From Fuscovulum sp. (lineage in GTDB: Bacteria; Pseudomonadota; Alphaproteobacteria; Rhodobacterales; Rhodobacteraceae): 64,000 bases of DNA. The notes beneath the pieces are model-generated. The model was not told the origin of the DNA, did no database searches, and saw nothing but the letters and a program-made list of their open reading frames with translations. The stretch is from contig JAYRZG010000007.1 of NCBI GenBank assembly GCA_041916535.1, positions 41,216 through 105,215 of the forward strand, given 5' to 3'. This document shows, one piece after another, positions 52,232 through 60,462 of this stretch; positions within the stretch are counted from its first letter, which is position 1, and each line of letters begins with the position of its first letter. Both the position numbers and the translations under genes were made by a program.

Positions 52232-53425
52232 ATGCGGAGGCGCCGAGTGTCGGACGACGTTAAGACTTCAATCGAACTGTTCGCCGGTGCTGGCGGCTTG
52301 GGGATCGGGCTTTCCCAGGCAGGTTTCAAGCCAAAGGTGGTTGTCGAGTTCAACCGCTGGTGCTGCGACACTTTGCGGCAGAACCACACGAGCCTTTCGA
52401 AGGGCGGTGGTGACTGGAAGGTGGTGGAAGGCGATGTGCGTCGTGTCGATTTCGCGCAGCATGAAGGGACGGTCGACCTCATTTCTGGCGGTCCGCCCTG
52501 CCAACCGTTCTCTCTAGGCGGGAGGCATCGGGCATATGACGATGCCCGCGATATGTTCCCGCAGGCTGTCCGGGCCGTGCGAGAGGCGAAGCCGCAGGCG
52601 TTCATCTTTGAGAATGTGAAGGGGCTGACACGGGCGACCTTCCATGACTACTTCACCTATGTGCAGTTGCAGTTGGAACACCCTGAAGTGGAGGTGTTGC
52701 AGGGTGAGGTTTGGCACGAGCATCTTGCTCGGCTTCAGCAGCATCACACCTCTAGATCGCGCAGCGGGCTCAACTACCGGGTCGTGACGAAGTTGTTGAA
52801 TGCAGCCGACTTCGGCGTTCCGCAAAGACGCGAACGTGTGGTGTTTGTTGGTTTCAGGGACGGCATAGACGCGCAATGGTCGGCAGAGGAAGGCGATCAT
52901 TCGTTCGAGGCGCTGGTCTGGGATCAGACGTTTGGCGATTATTGGGACCGACACTCGGTGAGCAAGGCGGAGCGTGGCCTTGAGGGGCGAAGCGCGTTGT
53001 TGGCGAAGCGGCTCTCAAAAGATGAACGCCCGAGTAAGAAGCCATGGCAGACAACTCGGGATGCCATCTCGGACCTGCCTGATCCCGCTAACTTGGAAGC
53101 CTCTGCAGGTATTGCAGATCATCGGCTACAGAGTGGTGCACGTTCTTATCCCGGGCACACCGGTAGCTATATCGATGAGCCTTCAAAGACTTTGAAGGCC
53201 GGGGTTCACGGCGTCCCCGGCGGCGAGAACATGGTTCGATTGGCAGATGGGTCGGTCCGATATTTTACAGTCCGAGAAAGCTGCCGCCTTCAGACCTTCC
53301 CGGATGACTACCGCCTTCACGGCGCGTGGTCTGAATGTATGAGGCAGTTGGGGAATGCCGTTCCGGTTGAACTTGCTCGTCGCGTTGGTGTATCTGTCGC
53401 GGAGAAGCTTCGGGCGGTGGCATGA
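52232..53425 (+). CDS. DNA (cytosine-5)-methyltransferase
   Basis: 397 aa. C5-MTase motifs occur in canonical order: I (ELFAGAGGLG), IV (GGPPCQPFS), VI (ENVKGL), VIII (QRRERV), X (GNAVPV). G+C is lower than the flanks. Confidence 0.92.
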   Translation: MRRRRVSDDVKTSIELFAGAGGLGIGLSQAGFKPKVVVEFNRWCCDTLRQNHTSLSKGGGDWKVVEGDVRRVDFAQHEGTVDLISGGPPCQPFSLGGRHRAYDDARDMFPQAVRAVREAKPQAFIFENVKGLTRATFHDYFTYVQLQLEHPEVEVLQGEVWHEHLARLQQHHTSRSRSGLNYRVVTKLLNAADFGVPQRRERVVFVGFRDGIDAQWSAEEGDHSFEALVWDQTFGDYWDRHSVSKAERGLEGRSALLAKRLSKDERPSKKPWQTTRDAISDLPDPANLEASAGIADHRLQSGARSYPGHTGSYIDEPSKTLKAGVHGVPGGENMVRLADGSVRYFTVRESCRLQTFPDDYRLHGAWSECMRQLGNAVPVELARRVGVSVAEKLRAVA

Positions 53426-54225
53426 CAGTTACGAATCAAGGTCCTGGCTACGTCGAGCTGGAGCTTGATCTGATTTCAGCACTTCGCCGTGACATTCTTG
53501 AAGTGCTTCCGCAGATTGCCATGCAGCCACTTGAGGCGACCTCAGCATTGGGCGTCCCTGATGCTCAGGGCGTTTATTTTCTTTACCTGCGCCCTAAGCT
53601 AGATGGCACAGATCTTCCTGTTTATGTTGGGAAGACAGATGCTGGGGCTGGTCTTCGGAGAAGACTTTCGCGCCACGCCGTAAAAATTATGGGTCGAAAA
53701 AATATTGCGCCGTCAGAAGTATATTTCCGCGCGGTTCGTCTGTTTGTTTTCACGGCCTTGGACATCGAGACAGACCTGATCGGTCACTTTGGCCGCGAAG
53801 CGCGTCTTGACTGGAACAACTCGGGGTTTGGAAGCAATGATCCGGGCAGGGAGCGCGATACCACGACATACAAGGCCGAGCATTTCGATACACAGTTTCC
53901 TATCGACATTGATACGCCCTTCTTTGATATGCCGGCCGGGAGTATGTCAGTTGCTGTAGCGATGCAGCACCTGAAGGATCACGAGCTGCTCCCCTATACG
54001 GTTCGTTTTCAGAGGCCGAACCCAAGCTCCCGCAACTCTTTCCATCCCGACTTTCTCGCAGCACAGGTGACATTCTCGCCCGGTCTGACCGTTGCCGAGA
54101 TTGTGGCCCAATGCATCCACCATCTGCCGGGCGGCTGGCACGCAACGGCACTTCCAAGCCACATTATCGTTTACAAGAACGATCCCAGACGTTTTCCGAG
54201 CGGCACTCTGATCGCTCAGTCCTAA
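53422..54225 (+). CDS. GIY-YIG-type nuclease; putative restriction endonuclease partner of the upstream methyltransferase
   Basis: 267 aa. Its start overlaps the MTase stop (ATGA at 53422-53425). The GIY-YIG pattern is GVYFLY-x10-VYVGKT, then RRRLSRH (Arg/His), then acidic (DIETD) and Asn (WNNSGFG) positions. G+C is low. Confidence 0.7.
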   Translation: MTVTNQGPGYVELELDLISALRRDILEVLPQIAMQPLEATSALGVPDAQGVYFLYLRPKLDGTDLPVYVGKTDAGAGLRRRLSRHAVKIMGRKNIAPSEVYFRAVRLFVFTALDIETDLIGHFGREARLDWNNSGFGSNDPGRERDTTTYKAEHFDTQFPIDIDTPFFDMPAGSMSVAVAMQHLKDHELLPYTVRFQRPNPSSRNSFHPDFLAAQVTFSPGLTVAEIVAQCIHHLPGGWHATALPSHIIVYKNDPRRFPSGTLIAQS

Positions 54226-54229
54226 CCCC

Positions 54230-54649
54230 TCACACCCCCATATGCCGCACCCTCGCCCCCCATTCGATCGCCGCCGCGTGCAGGCGGTCGATCTTCAGCT
54301 CTTCGCAGACCTCCTGCAGCATCCGCAGCTCGGTCTGGGAATGGCGGCCGTCCGAGGTGACGACGTCGCAGGCAAGCGCATAGGCGGTTTCGTTCAGCCG
54401 CTCGGGCAGGGCCTCGCGGATCAGGCCGAACAGGGCGTCGAGCCCGTCTTCCTCTTCGAAAAGGTCAAAGACCATGCGGGCGACGCGGCGGATGCGGTCG
54501 GCATCGTAGGTCGCGAAGACCGGCATGTGGTTGACCATGCGGGTGATCGCCACCAGCTCGGCCGTGCGCATGTCCTGGTCCGAGGCCGAACAGGCGATCA
54601 TCACCGCGATCAGCGCGTCCTGGGCGGAAAGGGCGGGGGTGTCGTTCAT
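54230..54649 (-). CDS. TerB-like (tellurite resistance family) small protein
   Basis: Only the last 139 codons of track ORF 54230-56185 are credible (MNDTPALSAQDALIAVMIACSASDQDM...). It has a TerB-like helical repeat with SDG..S..E. Confidence 0.6.
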   Translation of the reverse strand: MNDTPALSAQDALIAVMIACSASDQDMRTAELVAITRMVNHMPVFATYDADRIRRVARMVFDLFEEEDGLDALFGLIREALPERLNETAYALACDVVTSDGRHSQTELRMLQEVCEELKIDRLHAAAIEWGARVRHMGV

Positions 54650-54751
54650 GGCGGTCTCTTGCAGGGGGGGCATGGGGCGGAGATTATTGACGGGGCGGGG
54701 CGGCGGCAATAGAGGACACAGGGCTGCGGCAAGGGGCCCCGGCGGGAAGGG

Positions 54752-56341
54752 ATGCGTGCGATGACGAGCTTGCGGGATGCGGCGATGCAATCGAAGGCCT
54801 GGCCATTCGAGGAGGCCCGCGCGGTTCTGAAACGCTATGAGAAGAAGGACCCCGAAAAGGGCTATGTCCTGTTCGAGACCGGCTATGGCCCCTCGGGCCT
54901 GCCGCATATCGGCACTTTCGGCGAAGTGGCGCGCACGACGATGATCCGCCGCGCCTTCGAGATGATCTCGGACATTCCGACGCGGCTGATCTGCTTTTCC
55001 GACGATGTGGACGGGATGCGCAAGGTGCCGGAGAACGTGCCGAACCAGGCGCTTCTGAAGGCGAATATCCAGAAGCCGCTGACCAGCGTGCCCGATCCGT
55101 TCGGCGAGTTCGAGAGCTTTGGCCACCACAACAACGCGATGCTGCGGCGGTTCCTCGACACGTTCGGCTTTGAATATGAGTTCATCTCGGCGACCGAGTT
55201 CTACAAGTCGGGCCGGTTCAACGACACGCTGCGCCTGGCGGCGGAGCGCTATGACGCGATCATGGCGATCATGCTGGCCAGCCTGCGCGAGGAGCGGCAG
55301 CAGACCTATAGCTGCTTCCTGCCGATCCACCCCGAGACGGGTCGGGTGCTGTATGTGCCGATGAAGGAAGTGAACGCCAAGGACGGCACGATCACCTTTG
55401 ACGACGAGGACGGCCGCGAATGGACGCTGCCGGTGACGGACGGCCATGTGAAGCTGCAATGGAAGCCCGATTTCGGCGCGCGCTGGGCGGCGCTGGATGT
55501 CGATTTCGAGATGTATGGCAAGGATCACAGCACCAACACGCCGATCTATGACGGGATCTGCGAGGTGCTGGGCGGGCGCAAGCCCAACCATTTCACCTAT
55601 GAGCTGTTCCTGGATTTCGAAGGCCAGAAGATCTCGAAGTCCAAGGGCAACGGGCTGACGATCGACGAATGGCTGACCTATGCGGCCAGTGAGAGCCTGT
55701 CCTATTTCATGTATCAGAAGCCGAAGACGGCGAAGCGGCTGTGGTGGGATGTGATCCCCAAGGCGGTGGATGAATATCACCAGCAGCTGCGCGCCTTCCC
55801 GGATCAGACGGTGGAACAGCAGGTCAACAACCCGGTCTGGCACATCCACAATGGCAAGCCGCCGGAATCGAAGATGGTGGTGCCCTTCGCCATGCTGCTG
55901 AATCTGGCTTCGGTGGCCGGGGCCAAGGATGCGGCGGGGCTTTGGGGCTTCATCCGCAAATATGCGCCTGAGGCGAGCCCGGAGAAGAACCCTGATCTTG
56001 ACGCGGCGGCGGCTTTCGCGCTGCGCTATTACACCGACAAGATCGCGCCCTCGCGGGTGTTCCGTCTGCCGACAGACAAGGAGCGCGCGGCGATCGAGGA
56101 TCTGCGGGCGCGGCTTTTGGCCCATGCGGGGCCGGTCGAGGACGAGGCCCTGCAGAACATCTGCTATGCCGTTGGCAAGGAGCACGCTTTCGAGCCGCTG
56201 CGCGACTGGTTCAAGGCGCTGTACGAGGTGCTTCTGGGCGCCAGCGAAGGGCCGCGCTTCGGCGGGTTCATCGCGCTTTACGGTGTCAAGGAGACCGTGG
56301 CGCTGATCGACCGCGCGCTGGCGGGCGAGCTGGCAGGCTGA
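54752..56341 (+). CDS. lysK: Lysine--tRNA ligase, class I
   Basis: 529 aa. It has the HIGH-type motif [12 protein letters not shown] and the KMSKS-type motif KISKSKG. The class I LysRS architecture is known in alphaproteobacteria. Confidence 0.92.
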   Translation: MRAMTSLRDAAMQSKAWPFEEARAVLKRYEKKDPEKGYVLFETGYGPSGLPHIGTFGEVARTTMIRRAFEMISDIPTRLICFSDDVDGMRKVPENVPNQALLKANIQKPLTSVPDPFGEFESFGHHNNAMLRRFLDTFGFEYEFISATEFYKSGRFNDTLRLAAERYDAIMAIMLASLREERQQTYSCFLPIHPETGRVLYVPMKEVNAKDGTITFDDEDGREWTLPVTDGHVKLQWKPDFGARWAALDVDFEMYGKDHSTNTPIYDGICEVLGGRKPNHFTYELFLDFEGQKISKSKGNGLTIDEWLTYAASESLSYFMYQKPKTAKRLWWDVIPKAVDEYHQQLRAFPDQTVEQQVNNPVWHIHNGKPPESKMVVPFAMLLNLASVAGAKDAAGLWGFIRKYAPEASPEKNPDLDAAAAFALRYYTDKIAPSRVFRLPTDKERAAIEDLRARLLAHAGPVEDEALQNICYAVGKEHAFEPLRDWFKALYEVLLGASEGPRFGGFIALYGVKETVALIDRALAGELAG

Positions 56342-56346
56342 GGCTG

Positions 56347-56370
56347 GCCCGGCCCCGTGACGGGCCGGGC
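56347..56370 (+). terminator. GC-rich hairpin after lysK
   Basis: GCCCGGCCC-cgtgac-GGGCCGGGC is a 9-bp stem, 6 nt after the lysK stop. The trailing T-run is weak (ATT). Confidence 0.45.
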
Positions 56371-56371
56371 A

Positions 56372-56399
56372 TTGACAGGGGGCGTCTTGCGCCTATCCT
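56372..56399 (+). promoter_or_regulatory. Candidate sigma70-type promoter for the DUF4864 gene
   Basis: TTGACA-N16-TATCCT, about 40 nt upstream of ATG 56437. Confidence 0.35.
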
Positions 56400-56436
56400 T
56401 CGTCTTGGGGACAGTCCTGACCGAAAGGGCCGCGCC

Positions 56437-56847
56437 ATGCGCCGTCTGTCCTTATGTCTTGCCTTTGCGCTTTTGCTGATCGCGCCGCCGCGTGCGGCCT
56501 TGGCGCAGGAGGCAGAGATCCAGAACACGATCCGCAGCCAGATCGACGCCTTTCTGGCCGATGATTTTGCGACCGCCTTCACCTATGCCAGCCCGAACAT
56601 CCGCGCGGTCTTCGGCAATCCCGAGAATTTCGCCCGCATGGTGACGCAGGGTTATCCGATGGTGCATCGTCCGAAAGAGGTGACCATGGGCGAGATGCAT
56701 GACGAAGGTGGCGTCTTGTGGCAGCGGGTCGAGGTCACCGATGCACAGGGCAAGCCGCATGTGCTGGACTATCAGATGGTGAACACGCCCGAGGGCTGGA
56801 AGATCAACGCGGTCGATGTGCTGCGGGCCGAGGGTCTGGGGGTCTGA
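56437..56847 (+). CDS. DUF4864-like secreted protein
   Basis: 136 aa. It has a signal peptide (LLLIAPPRAALAQ) and an SnoaL/NTF2-like small domain sequence. Confidence 0.65.
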   Translation: MRRLSLCLAFALLLIAPPRAALAQEAEIQNTIRSQIDAFLADDFATAFTYASPNIRAVFGNPENFARMVTQGYPMVHRPKEVTMGEMHDEGGVLWQRVEVTDAQGKPHVLDYQMVNTPEGWKINAVDVLRAEGLGV

Positions 56848-57002
56848 GGCTGATCGATCTTGCCTTGTTGTTGCGCTGTGACGGCCTCTGCCGCGCGGGC
56901 GGCTGAGGCTGCGTTAACGGCCCATTGATACTTCCCTTGCCCCAAGGCGCGGCCCCCCGGGGCCGTGGCCGCGGATCAGCGATCGGGCAAGGGGACATAC
57001 AG

Positions 57003-59291
57003 ATGAACAAGGCGATTACCGACGGGCTCGTGCTGATGCCGCCGCCCTTTTCGGCCGGGCTGAACCTGTGGTCCAGCGCGAACGGGCTGTCGGGCGATGC
57101 GAACTATGCGGGCGCGCCCAATGCGGGACTGGTGACGAATGACCAGGATTTCGCGGGCTGTCTTGAGTTGCAGAAGACGGCCTCGACGCAGAAGCTGCGC
57201 GCCTTCGCCGAAACGCCGCTGCGCCCGGACATGTATATCCGCATCACGGCGCGGGTGAAGGCGGTGTCGGGCAATCTGCCCGCCGTGCGCATCGCGGCCT
57301 GGGCGGGCAATTTCGGGGGCACGAATGTCTCGGCCGCGCCGCAGGTTGGCCCGTCCGTGCAATTGACGACTTACGGCGAAGTCGTGACGGTCCAGGCGAT
57401 CATTGGCGCGGGCAACCGGACCGGTGTGACGATGGTCTGGGGGCTGGAGCCGATCTTTGCCCATGTCGGGCTGGACCTGACCGGGCCGACGGGCGGCGTG
57501 GTGCGCATTGACGATATTGTCGTCGAGGATGTGACCCAGGTCTTCCTGCGCAACCTTCTGGATGTGGTGGATGTGCGCGACTATGGCGCCATCGGCAATG
57601 GCGTGGCCAATGATTTTGCGGCCTTCCAGGCGGCCGATGCGGCGGCGGCGGGGCGGACGATCCTGGTTTCGCCCGGCACCTATCTGATTTCCGGCAACCT
57701 GACCGTGGCCTCGCCGATCAGGTTCAACGGCACGCTGACCATGCCGGCGGCGAACCGGCTGGTGCTGACGCGGAATTTCGATCTTGAAACCTATGCTGCG
57801 GGTTTTGGCGGCGATCAGGAAGGGTTCCGCCGCGCCTTGCAGGCGCTGTTCTATTTCTCGGACCATGTCACCTTTGACATGTCGGGGCGCCGGGTCGATC
57901 TGACCGCGCCGGTCGATGTGGCGGCGGTCTCAGGGCTGACCAGTTTCGCGACGAAGCGCATCCTGCGCAATGGCACGCTGAATGCAGTCGCCTCGACCAA
58001 CTGGGCGACGACGACGGTCACCTCGGTCGCGACCTATTCGGTCGCAAGCCCGACCACGCTGAGCGCGGTGGCGAATGTGGCGAATGTGCCGGTGGGTGCG
58101 CTGGTGCAGGTCACCGGCGGGGGGCGCGAGATCTATGTGAAGTCGAAGAATGTGGGGGCGGGGACGATCGAGCTGTCACAGCCCCTGTATGGGGCGGCGG
58201 GGACGCGGACCTATACGTTCAAGCGGTTCAGGTATCTGCTGGATTTCGGGGGCTTCTCGACCCTGTCGAATTTCGAGATGCACCAGATCGAGTTCAACTG
58301 CCTGGGGATTTCCTCGGGCGTGATGATGCCGCTGGCCGGATCGGTGAACCGTTTCGACAGCTGCACCTTCAACAAGCCGCTGGATCGCGGCATCACCTCG
58401 ACCGGGACGGGCTGTCAGGGGATGCTTCTGGACTATTGCCAGTTCCTGTCGAACGAACAGGCGCTGGACGCGCAGATGCGCACCACCATCGCGCTGAACG
58501 TGCAGGCGAATGACACCAAGATCCGCAACAACCGGATCGTGCGCTTCCGCCATTTCGCGGTGATGAACGGCACCTCGCACATGATCTGCAACAACCATTT
58601 CTTCCAGGGCGATGACGCCATGGCCGGGCTGCGGGTGGCGGGGCTGGTCTTCACCCAGACCAATGTGGCGACGGTGGTGCAGGGCAATTACGTTGACAAT
58701 TGCTTTATCGAATGGGGCAATGAGCATGATCCCGAACCCGCCTTCAGCAGCGAGCTGTCTTTCGGCGGGCTGAACATCGTGGGCAATATCTTCATCGCCT
58801 CGGATGTGTCTTCGGCCTTCCGCTGGCTGGTGGTGAAACCCTATGGGTCGGGGCATTTCCTCAACGGATTCAGCCTGGTGAACAACACGTTCCGGGCGTT
58901 CAATGCCACGGTGGACCGGGTCGAGGCGCTGGACACGACCTTTGCGACGCTGGATTTCACCCGCTCGCGCGATGTGCTGGTCGAGGGCAACACGTTCAAC
59001 CAGGTGAGCCAGCGCATCGCCAATCCGATCACCGCGACGCATGACCAGAATACCGAGGCCGCGACCTGGAACATCGACGCCTCGGCCTATATCCCCTTTG
59101 GCGGCCGCATCCGCATGGTCGAAACGGCATTGCCGCAGGGCAATATCACCAACGCCGCGAATGCGGTGCGCTATGTGCAGCCCAATGCGCTGGCGGGGCA
59201 GGGCGCGGGGGGCAATATCGCATCGTTGCGCTGGGGCGAGGCGGTGAAAGGAACGGTCGTGGCGCGCATCCGCATGGACGTGCCGGTGTGA
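57003..59291 (+). CDS. Right-handed parallel beta-helix (pectate-lyase-3 / tailspike-like) protein
   Basis: ORF 56925-59291 trimmed to ATG 57003 (MNKAITDG). The motif VDVRDYGAIGNGVANDFAAFQAADAAA is typical of Pectate_lyase_3 / glycosyl-hydrolase-28-related domains. There are repeated N-x-[FIV] beta-helix rungs. No signal peptide is visible. Confidence 0.7.
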   Translation: MNKAITDGLVLMPPPFSAGLNLWSSANGLSGDANYAGAPNAGLVTNDQDFAGCLELQKTASTQKLRAFAETPLRPDMYIRITARVKAVSGNLPAVRIAAWAGNFGGTNVSAAPQVGPSVQLTTYGEVVTVQAIIGAGNRTGVTMVWGLEPIFAHVGLDLTGPTGGVVRIDDIVVEDVTQVFLRNLLDVVDVRDYGAIGNGVANDFAAFQAADAAAAGRTILVSPGTYLISGNLTVASPIRFNGTLTMPAANRLVLTRNFDLETYAAGFGGDQEGFRRALQALFYFSDHVTFDMSGRRVDLTAPVDVAAVSGLTSFATKRILRNGTLNAVASTNWATTTVTSVATYSVASPTTLSAVANVANVPVGALVQVTGGGREIYVKSKNVGAGTIELSQPLYGAAGTRTYTFKRFRYLLDFGGFSTLSNFEMHQIEFNCLGISSGVMMPLAGSVNRFDSCTFNKPLDRGITSTGTGCQGMLLDYCQFLSNEQALDAQMRTTIALNVQANDTKIRNNRIVRFRHFAVMNGTSHMICNNHFFQGDDAMAGLRVAGLVFTQTNVATVVQGNYVDNCFIEWGNEHDPEPAFSSELSFGGLNIVGNIFIASDVSSAFRWLVVKPYGSGHFLNGFSLVNNTFRAFNATVDRVEALDTTFATLDFTRSRDVLVEGNTFNQVSQRIANPITATHDQNTEAATWNIDASAYIPFGGRIRMVETALPQGNITNAANAVRYVQPNALAGQGAGGNIASLRWGEAVKGTVVARIRMDVPV

Positions 59292-59313
59292 CTGCGGCAG
59301 TCCCGCGCCTTGC

Positions 59314-59793
59314 CTAACCCCGCCGCGCCTTGTCGATGGCGGCGACGTCGATCTTCTGCATCGTCATCATCGCGGCGAAGGCGCGCTGCGCCTCGGCCCC
59401 GCCTGCGGCAAGCGCCTGGGTCAAGGTGCGGGGCGTGATCTGCCAGGACAGGCCCCAGCGATCCTTGCACCAGCCGCAGTCGCTTTCGCGGCCGCCGTTG
59501 CCGACGATGGCGTTCCAGTAGCGGTCGGTTTCTTCCTGGTCATCGGTGGCGATCTGGAAGGAGAAGGCCTCGGTCTGGCGAAAGACCGGGCCGCCGTTCA
59601 GCCCCAGGCAAGGAATGCCGAAGACGGTGAACTCGACGGTCAGGACATCACCCTTCTTGCCCGACGGGTAATCGCCGGGGGCGCGGTGGATGGCGGTGAC
59701 TTTGCTGTCGGGGAAGATGGTAGCGTAGAAATTGGCGGCCTCTTCGGCATCCTTGTCATACCAGAGGCAGATCGTGTTCTTCGGGCTGGGCAT
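59314..59793 (-). CDS. VOC-family protein (PhnB / 3-demethylubiquinone methyltransferase-like domain)
   Basis: ORF trimmed to MPSPKNTICLWYDKDAEEAANFY after AGGAAAGGA. The characteristic block is CGWCKDRWGLSWQI. Confidence 0.8.
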   Translation of the reverse strand: MPSPKNTICLWYDKDAEEAANFYATIFPDSKVTAIHRAPGDYPSGKKGDVLTVEFTVFGIPCLGLNGGPVFRQTEAFSFQIATDDQEETDRYWNAIVGNGGRESDCGWCKDRWGLSWQITPRTLTQALAAGGAEAQRAFAAMMTMQKIDVAAIDKARRG

Positions 59794-59867
59794 GGGCTGT
59801 CCTTTCCTGCGGAAAACGGCTCTTTGACGTAACACGGGGCGCGCGGGCGCGTTCCCTGCGCCTTGTC

Positions 59868-60356
59868 TCAGGCCTCGAAATCGGCGGCGGACAGCCGGAA
59901 GGCGCGGGCGAAGCCGCCGTTCAGCAGGGCCGATTGCGGCACGAGGCGGACAAAAGCGAAATCGGGCAGGTCGATATAGACCGTGGCTTTGGGGTTGCGG
60001 GCCAGCCAGCGGGCGCGAAGCGCGGCGCGGCGCGGATCATCGGCGGCGACGAAATCGGCCAGCGCGCGCAGCATCAGGCGCGGATGCGTCATCGGATCAC
60101 CCTTGTCGCCGACCTCTCCGACCATCAGGGCGCAGGCGGGTTGCGCGCGCAGGGCAGCGGTATGGGGGGCGAGGCCGGAGATCAGGGTCAGCGGCCCGGC
60201 CTCGGGGTCCAGCGCGAAGGCGACGCGGCTGATGCCGGGGGTCAGGGTTTCCGGGTCGGTCCAGGACAGGGCGGCATGACCGGCATCTGACAGAAGCTGC
60301 CAGGCCAGCGCGCGCGACGCGTCGTCTGAGGGGGCTACGGGATCGGGGCGTTTCAT
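59868..60356 (-). CDS. Pyridoxamine 5'-phosphate oxidase-related / HugZ-like family protein
   Basis: ORF trimmed to MKRPDPV (162 aa). It has split-barrel FMN-binding-like sequence. The assignment is by general resemblance only. Confidence 0.55.
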   Translation of the reverse strand: MKRPDPVAPSDDASRALAWQLLSDAGHAALSWTDPETLTPGISRVAFALDPEAGPLTLISGLAPHTAALRAQPACALMVGEVGDKGDPMTHPRLMLRALADFVAADDPRRAALRARWLARNPKATVYIDLPDFAFVRLVPQSALLNGGFARAFRLSAADFEA

Positions 60357-60462
60357 CGCAGGGCCTTCGGCGTTGTTGACAAGTGCTCTGGCGGGGCGGT
60401 CATCTGGCAGCGAGTGACTGACATGCCAGTTTTCCCGGCGACTGGCCTTGCTGGACCGCACC

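Noticed and set aside
52168-54229. Possibility that the low-GC methyltransferase/nuclease segment is part of a prophage, integron or transposon
   Set aside because: No integrase, transposase, att-like direct repeats, tRNA gene or inverted terminal repeats were visible at either boundary. The flanks are ordinary core genes. I report it only as an insertion of unknown mechanism.
54230-56185. 651-aa minus-strand ORF overlapping lysK
   Set aside because: Only the last 139 codons (TerB-like, from MNDTPALS) are protein-like and non-overlapping. The remainder is antisense to class I lysK.
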